From the NCBI GenBank assembly GCA_964496905.1, contig CAZCAQ010000003.1, positions 1,701 to 65,700 on the forward strand: a stretch of 64,000 nt of DNA, read 5' to 3'. The DNA is from an uncultured Candidatus Saccharibacteria bacterium. Its GTDB lineage: Bacteria; Patescibacteriota; WWE3; UBA101185; UBA10185. The notes below the pieces were generated by a model that saw nothing but the letters and a program-made list of their open reading frames with translations, did not search any database and was not told where the DNA came from. This document shows positions 58,812 to 64,000 of the stretch, in pieces. How positions within the stretch are numbered: the stretch's first letter is position 1; each line of letters starts with the position of its first letter. The translations under genes were made by a program, and so were the position numbers.

Positions 58812-60568
58812 GAAAAAAACAGGTTTCATATAACTTTGATCGTTCCGACGTAATTTTGGTCGCTTTTATTTTTTTTGCCTTTTTATTTATATATAGACTT
58901 TTTTCGCTCCAGGTACTTAATCACGATACTTATCAAGCAAAAGCTCAAAGTCAATATCAAAACCTTCAAACTATTCAAGCCACTCGTGGCAATATTTATT
59001 CCCGAGACGGATTTCCATTAGCTGCGAGCCAAAAAGCATATCTTTTATACTTTGAGCCAAAAAAGGTAGGAAGTGCCGAAAAAACAGCTGAAGCAACTTC
59101 TAAACTAATTTACCCAAATGATGAGAAAAAACGTATAGAGGCAAAAAATCGCTTTTTAGAGCTTTTAAAGCTTGATTTGTTTTGGGTTGCGGCTGAGCAT
59201 AATATTTTGCCAGAAACCAAACAAAGCCTAGAAAAACTAAAGCTTGCCGGTGTTGGCTTTGAAGACGAGCCCATACGCTTTTATCCCGAGAAATCATTGG
59301 CATCTCACGTTTTAGGGTATGTTGCTAAAAACGAAGCTGGTGAGATTCAAGGGTATTTTGGAATAGAAGGTTACTTTAACCGTGATTTGCAAGGGCGCCC
59401 AGGTCGAGTAATCCAAGAATACGACGCCGTCGGTAGCCCTATTTTGGTAGGAAAATATAAAAAAATCGATCCACTAAACGGCACAGACATAGTTTTAACT
59501 CTAGACCGTTCAGTTCAATATATTGTTGAAAAAAGTTTGGCAGAAGGTGTTAAAAAATATGATGCTCATGCTGGGACAATTATTGTAATGGATCCTTTAA
59601 GTGGTGAAATTTTGGCCATGGTCAATTTTCCAGCATTTGATCCTTCGGATTTTAATGACGAGGGAGATGATAAGCAGGAATTTAAACCTCAACGTATAAA
59701 CTTTGCAGTTTCCGAAACATACGAACCAGGTTCGGTAATTAAGCCCTTAACTGTTTCAACAGGCATTGACACAGGAGCTGTTACAAAAGACTCTCAATTT
59801 AACGATGCAGGGCCTGTGGAGTACTCTGGTTACACAATTGATAATTGGGATGGTAAGCATCATTCAACTCAAAATATGACTCAACTTTTGCAAAAATCTA
59901 ATAACATTGGATCTGCGTGGGTGGCGCATCAAGTTGGTGCTAAAAATCTGTTTGGCTATTTTGGCAATTTTGGTCTTGGTTCAGTTACTGGTGTTGAACT
60001 TGAGGGAGAAGACACGGGTTCATTAAAAAACCCTAAAAATCTTGCTGATATTGACTTGGCAACTTCTGGCTTTGGTCAAGGTATTTCTGCAACGCCTTTA
60101 CAAGTACTAAATGCTTTTAATGTGATTGCAAACGATGGCGTTTTACAAAAGCCACGAATTGTTAAGGAGATACGCGATAATGGTAGAACAATTCCCTTAA
60201 AATCCAAGCCAGTAAAAAGAGTTTTGTCCGAAAAAACTGCAAAAACAGTGGAGGCTATGCTTATTGACGCGGCAGCAGGAGGTGAAGCCAAGTTTTTTGT
60301 TTTAAAAAATTATAAAATAGCCGGAAAAACTGGAACCGCGCAAATTCCAAAAGACGGAAAATACGATCCAACCGAAACAAATGCAACTTTTGTTGGTTAT
60401 TTGCCTACAACCAAAAAGTTTTCAATGATAGTTCGCTTAAATAGACCCAAAACGAGCGTTTATGCTGCAGAAACAGCAGTTCCTTTATGGATGAGTGTTG
60501 CCGAAGATTTGATTCAGTACTATGGCATTATGCCTGATCTTTCAAACACAGGTGATAGCCAGTTGTGA
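58808..60568 (+). CDS. ftsI: Penicillin-binding protein (class B transpeptidase, FtsI/PBP2-like)
   Basis: SxxK (GSVIKP), SxN (KSNNIG) and KTG (GKTGTA) motifs. N-terminal TM anchor. Confidence 0.8.
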   Translation: MRKKQVSYNFDRSDVILVAFIFFAFLFIYRLFSLQVLNHDTYQAKAQSQYQNLQTIQATRGNIYSRDGFPLAASQKAYLLYFEPKKVGSAEKTAEATSKLIYPNDEKKRIEAKNRFLELLKLDLFWVAAEHNILPETKQSLEKLKLAGVGFEDEPIRFYPEKSLASHVLGYVAKNEAGEIQGYFGIEGYFNRDLQGRPGRVIQEYDAVGSPILVGKYKKIDPLNGTDIVLTLDRSVQYIVEKSLAEGVKKYDAHAGTIIVMDPLSGEILAMVNFPAFDPSDFNDEGDDKQEFKPQRINFAVSETYEPGSVIKPLTVSTGIDTGAVTKDSQFNDAGPVEYSGYTIDNWDGKHHSTQNMTQLLQKSNNIGSAWVAHQVGAKNLFGYFGNFGLGSVTGVELEGEDTGSLKNPKNLADIDLATSGFGQGISATPLQVLNAFNVIANDGVLQKPRIVKEIRDNGRTIPLKSKPVKRVLSEKTAKTVEAMLIDAAAGGEAKFFVLKNYKIAGKTGTAQIPKDGKYDPTETNATFVGYLPTTKKFSMIVRLNRPKTSVYAAETAVPLWMSVAEDLIQYYGIMPDLSNTGDSQL

Positions 60569-60580
60569 TAATATTTTATT

Positions 60581-61171
60581 ATGGATGCAGTTGAAAAAAA
60601 ATCTTTAAGAGATGAGCTTTTTAAAGAGCATCCGTCTACAAGTGGCCCTTTTCCAGTGGCGCATGCCCATTTAAGAGTATTTGGGATTTTAGCACCGTAT
60701 TTAATTTTGTCCTTTTTACCTTATTTTGGTTATTCAATGGTTGCTTTAGCTTTGGTGCCTATAGTTTCATTAATTAGACCAGTTGTTTCCACTTATCTTG
60801 GCAGTAGTATTTTTGAGTCTTTTGTTCAAATTAAAGTTGTAGATGCAAAGACCATGTCTAAACCAAAACTGGCAAAATTCATTTTGAGGGAAGTTTGGAT
60901 TTTGGGTTCAGTATTACTTTCTTTATTGTTAGGTGCCGGCTTTGTTTTTTTCGCATCGGTATTTTCTAAAGTCACTCATTCTCCCGAAGGCCTTAGTACT
61001 TTATATTTGCTTTGCGCAGCTACATTTTTGGCTTTGCCTTTTGTTTATATTTTGTTTGATAAAAACAATCAAACATTATTTGATAAGTTGTCTGGCGTGG
61101 TGGTTATATCTACAGCACCTCATTTTAAGGTTGACTACCCTGTAACTTTAGTTACCAATGACGTTGTATAA
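60581..61171 (+). CDS. Membrane protein of unknown function
   Basis: 196 aa with about 4 TM helices. An imperfect hairpin (TTGTGTCTATTT/AAATAGAACACAA) lies about 15 nt downstream. Confidence 0.4.
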   Translation: MDAVEKKSLRDELFKEHPSTSGPFPVAHAHLRVFGILAPYLILSFLPYFGYSMVALALVPIVSLIRPVVSTYLGSSIFESFVQIKVVDAKTMSKPKLAKFILREVWILGSVLLSLLLGAGFVFFASVFSKVTHSPEGLSTLYLLCAATFLALPFVYILFDKNNQTLFDKLSGVVVISTAPHFKVDYPVTLVTNDVV

Positions 61172-61244
61172 CGAAATACCTTGTGTCTATTTAAAATAGA
61201 ACACAAATTCTTGTGAGTTTTGCGTTTTTTGGTATTTTCTATGC

Positions 61245-61610
61245 ATGTTTACAAACATAAGCATTGGTAAATTTGGAGAACATGTAGCCCAACGCTATTA
61301 CGAACGCAAAGGATTTAAGCTTTTATACAAAAACTTTAGATTTAAAAATTACGAAATAGACCTTGTTTTTGCTGATAAATGTCGTTTAATATTTGTTGAG
61401 GTTAAAACACGGCGTTATTCGGGTTATACACAAGCTGAGCTTGTTTCCAACAAAAAACTTTCTTCTCTTAAAACAGCAATTTACTTGTATTTACAGCAAC
61501 ATGGACAAAATACTCTGGAAAATTGGGAACTTGACCTTTTTGCTCTAGATATAGAAAACAAGAATAAGCCTCGTCTTACTGTGTTGCCACTTCTTCAGGG
61601 GTTTGGGTAG
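61245..61610 (+). CDS. yraN: YraN-family (UPF0102) predicted endonuclease
   Basis: GKFGEHVAQRYYERKGFKLLYKNFRF...EIDLVF...FVEVKTRR. Confidence 0.7.
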   Translation: MFTNISIGKFGEHVAQRYYERKGFKLLYKNFRFKNYEIDLVFADKCRLIFVEVKTRRYSGYTQAELVSNKKLSSLKTAIYLYLQQHGQNTLENWELDLFALDIENKNKPRLTVLPLLQGFG

Positions 61611-62601
61611 TTGGGACTGTCGCGGGTTGGGGTTCAACTCCTGCTAATGCATCTTTAAATCTTTGTTGAAAAGGCTCAAATGTATCATTAATTGGAGCAA
61701 GCACCCATGCTCCGCCATATTCCGACATTGGAGGAGTGAAAAGGTAATCATAATCTAGGTAGAGTGATGTTGCTTTGTACTTATCTTTATCCTTGTACAA
61801 ATCCCATAAATACACAACATCAGTTGGGTCAAGGTTTGTATCCATTCTAGAGTTCGTAGCGACTTTAAGCATTTCTTCTGGTTTCATATTTTTAAACATG
61901 CTTGAAGGTTGCGTAACAGCGGTTAGCATTCCTTTTAGTATTAAATGTTGGCGTTTCATTCGGCCCCAATCGCCGTTATCATTATCGCCCTTTCTACTAC
62001 GCGAAAAGATTAATGCCCGTTCTCCGGTTAAAGTCTCGGGACCTTGGTTAAAGCTAACTGTTTGGTATTCAAATGTTTCGTCAACAGGGTACTGCGAATC
62101 AGTAAAAGTGGTTTCAATATTCACTGGAACGCCTCCCATGGCATCAACGACCCATTTAAAATCTTGAAAATCGGTCAAAATGAATTTTTCTGGTTTAACC
62201 CCAGTTATTGCACTTAAACCTTCTTGAAGAGCTGGCCACCCGCTTTGAATGTATGTCGCGTTTATACGTCCGCCATCCCACCACAAATCCCTGGGTACTG
62301 AAGCCATAACAACCTGGTTAGTTTTTTTATTTAGTGCTACTACAATCATTATGTCGGTTCTAAAGCCCTCGGCTTTGCTTCTTCTATCCACGCCTAATAA
62401 GGCCACACTTACTATGTCACTTTTAGCAAAAGGCGAATTAGAAGATGTTGTGTCTGTTTCATCATTTTTTTCACCGTTTAAGGTATTTGGGAGTTTGCGT
62501 GTAATATCATTAGTTTGGTTCAAATTGGCATAAACATAGTAAATACCGCCAAAAATAGCAAAAAAACCTAAAAACGCCAAAATGTACTTAAAAAACCTCA
62601 T
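61576..62601 (-). CDS. LytR-CpsA-Psr (LCP) family cell-wall glycopolymer ligase
   Basis: N-terminal TM. LCP core SVALLGVDRR...GFRTDIMIVVALNKKTNQVVMASVPRDLWW. The 3' end overlaps yraN convergently by 35 bp. Confidence 0.8.
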   Translation of the reverse strand: MRFFKYILAFLGFFAIFGGIYYVYANLNQTNDITRKLPNTLNGEKNDETDTTSSNSPFAKSDIVSVALLGVDRRSKAEGFRTDIMIVVALNKKTNQVVMASVPRDLWWDGGRINATYIQSGWPALQEGLSAITGVKPEKFILTDFQDFKWVVDAMGGVPVNIETTFTDSQYPVDETFEYQTVSFNQGPETLTGERALIFSRSRKGDNDNGDWGRMKRQHLILKGMLTAVTQPSSMFKNMKPEEMLKVATNSRMDTNLDPTDVVYLWDLYKDKDKYKATSLYLDYDYLFTPPMSEYGGAWVLAPINDTFEPFQQRFKDALAGVEPQPATVPTTQTPEEVATQ

Positions 62602-62648
62602 AAAGGAATTTTATCTCAACATTGCATATTGCACTAGGTTTTTGATTT

Positions 62649-63068
62649 ATGTATCATAAATACATGAGTAAAAATATTTTGGTAATAGAAGATGATATCC
62701 AGTTTTACACTTTATATGGTACTGAACTTCAAACCCGCGGTTATAAGGTTAGTAACGTATCAGACGGTTCTTTAGCTGTTCAGGCTATTAAAGATCAACA
62801 GCCTGATTTAGTACTTTTGGACTTAGTTTTGCCAGGACGCAATGGTCTAGACATTTTGCGTGAAATAAGGTCTCAGCAGGAATTTGAAAATCTTAAGGTA
62901 GTAATTCTCACAAACTATGGTGGTGAAGAAAATGTAAGCACCGCTCTTGAACTTGGCGCAACAGACTATGTAATGAAATATAAGATTGTTCCATCTGAGC
63001 TGGCTGATAAACTTGCTTCGCTTTTTGGTGATAGTGATAGTTCAGCCGTCAAAATGACTAATATGTAA
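62649..63068 (+). CDS. Single-domain response regulator (CheY-like receiver)
   Basis: ILVIEDD...LVLLDLVLPGRNG (phospho-acceptor Asp)...YVMKY (conserved Lys). Likely start MSKNIL at 62664. Confidence 0.75.
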   Translation: MYHKYMSKNILVIEDDIQFYTLYGTELQTRGYKVSNVSDGSLAVQAIKDQQPDLVLLDLVLPGRNGLDILREIRSQQEFENLKVVILTNYGGEENVSTALELGATDYVMKYKIVPSELADKLASLFGDSDSSAVKMTNM

Positions 63069-63069
63069 A

Positions 63070-64000
63070 ATGGCCAGCTTTATCTGGATACTGCCCATAC
63101 TCGCCATTGTAATTGTTGCACTTGTTTTTGTAATTTTTCAGCAAAAAAACTCTAAAAATCTTAAAATTGCTCTTGAGAAAAAAGAGCAAGAATATAAGCA
63201 TCAGTCATACGAAAATTTACTTTTGGATTTAATTCATCAACGTTATGGTTATGTAATTGATATTAATAAGGTTTTGGATACTATATTGGATTCATTGTCG
63301 TCGGTAACTGGCTATACTGCTGTATCTTATCTTTTAATTACTCCTAAAAAAATGAGATTTAGGTTTCATATGCATGAACAAGTTTCAAAAGCCTATTTGG
63401 AGTTTATAAAAACACGGCTAATTTCAAATACACTGTCTGATTCAACGCTCCAAGTTCAAATGCACTTGGAAGAGACAGTTTCTGGAAACTTGATTAATGA
63501 CAATGTTACATCAAGACCTAATTCGTTTATTGATATTCCACTAGTATTAAATGATAAAGTTGAAGGTTTTGTGACCGTATCTTCTCAGCATGTAAATTTT
63601 TACAATTCGTACGATACAAGTCTAGTGAAAAAGTCAGTAAATAGAGTTTTAACTGAGGTTACAAGGTTAAAGGATTTAGTTGATACTGAAAAAACAAAGC
63701 TTGAGGTTATGGTCGATAAAATGGATTCAGGCGTACTACTTATTGATGAGGATTTCTCTATAGTTGCAATAAATACTACTTGTGTTGAGTTACTAAACCT
63801 AAAGAACAAAGAAGATACAACAATTTTTGAAATAGTAGGGTCTTTTGACCCAAAACTAGAGTTGGATCAAGCTTTAGCAGAAACTTTAAAAGGTGAAAAA
63901 CACAGAGAATTTAAGAATGTTAAGTTTAGAGATAAGTTCTTTGACATAAATATTATTCCTATAAAAAGCTCAATTACGCGCAAATCTTTGGGTATAGTTA
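63070..64000 (+). CDS. Sensor histidine kinase, N-terminal part (TM + GAF-like + PAS); 3'-truncated by the window end
   Basis: ORF MASFIWILPILAIVIVALVFVIF... starts 2 nt after the receiver stop. The PAS-like region MDSGVLLIDEDFSIVAINTTCVELL is reached before the window ends. Confidence 0.45.
   Translation, partial: MASFIWILPILAIVIVALVFVIFQQKNSKNLKIALEKKEQEYKHQSYENLLLDLIHQRYGYVIDINKVLDTILDSLSSVTGYTAVSYLLITPKKMRFRFHMHEQVSKAYLEFIKTRLISNTLSDSTLQVQMHLEETVSGNLINDNVTSRPNSFIDIPLVLNDKVEGFVTVSSQHVNFYNSYDTSLVKKSVNRVLTEVTRLKDLVDTEKTKLEVMVDKMDSGVLLIDEDFSIVAINTTCVELLNLKNKEDTTIFEIVGSFDPKLELDQALAETLKGEKHREFKNVKFRDKFFDINIIPIKSSITRKSLGIV

Noticed and set aside
1-64000. Scan for CRISPR arrays, tRNA or rRNA genes, and IS or transposase genes
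   Set aside because: No periodic direct repeats with unique spacers were seen. No intergenic segment is long enough or structured like a tRNA (the largest intergenic gaps, 53050-53229 and 56880-57124, are explained by regulatory hairpins and promoters). No ORF resembles a transposase, integrase or recombinase, so the region is not an obvious mobile island despite the inserted-looking gene at 39284-40372.

Overview
This is a low-GC (~35%), gene-dense bacterial window that reads cleanly with the standard genetic code. Neighbouring genes very often overlap by 1-4 bp. The gene content is consistent with a small-genome Gram-positive-like or CPR/Patescibacteria-like organism, but lineage cannot be established from one window. 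The centre (about 3.8-48.4 kb) is one enormous, almost entirely co-directional glycan-assembly locus. It holds 9 GT4-type and 6 GT2-type glycosyltransferases, and two of the GT2 enzymes are DPM1-like polyprenol-phosphate sugar synthases, one fused to a GtrA domain. About ten polytopic GT-C/PMT/ArnT-like membrane proteins are present, including an unusual O-antigen-ligase(Wzy_C)+PMT fusion. The locus also carries two Wzx-like flippases, a UDP-glucose dehydrogenase, three tandem SAM methyltransferases, a ferredoxin + B12-binding radical SAM pair, and a small WbaP/PglC-type priming phosphoglycosyltransferase. A single opposite-strand HExxH-motif gene sits inside it like an insertion. Downstream are housekeeping genes: recO, a dinB operon with a small upstream ORF, glyQS, a short RelA/SpoT, a GC-elevated small secreted Cys-protein with a near-consensus promoter, the mraZ-rsmH-ftsL-ftsI division block with a clear 4x direct-repeat candidate MraZ operator, yraN, an LCP (LytR-CpsA-Psr) ligase, and a receiver + PAS sensor kinase pair running off the end. 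I saw no rRNA, tRNA, CRISPR array or transposase.
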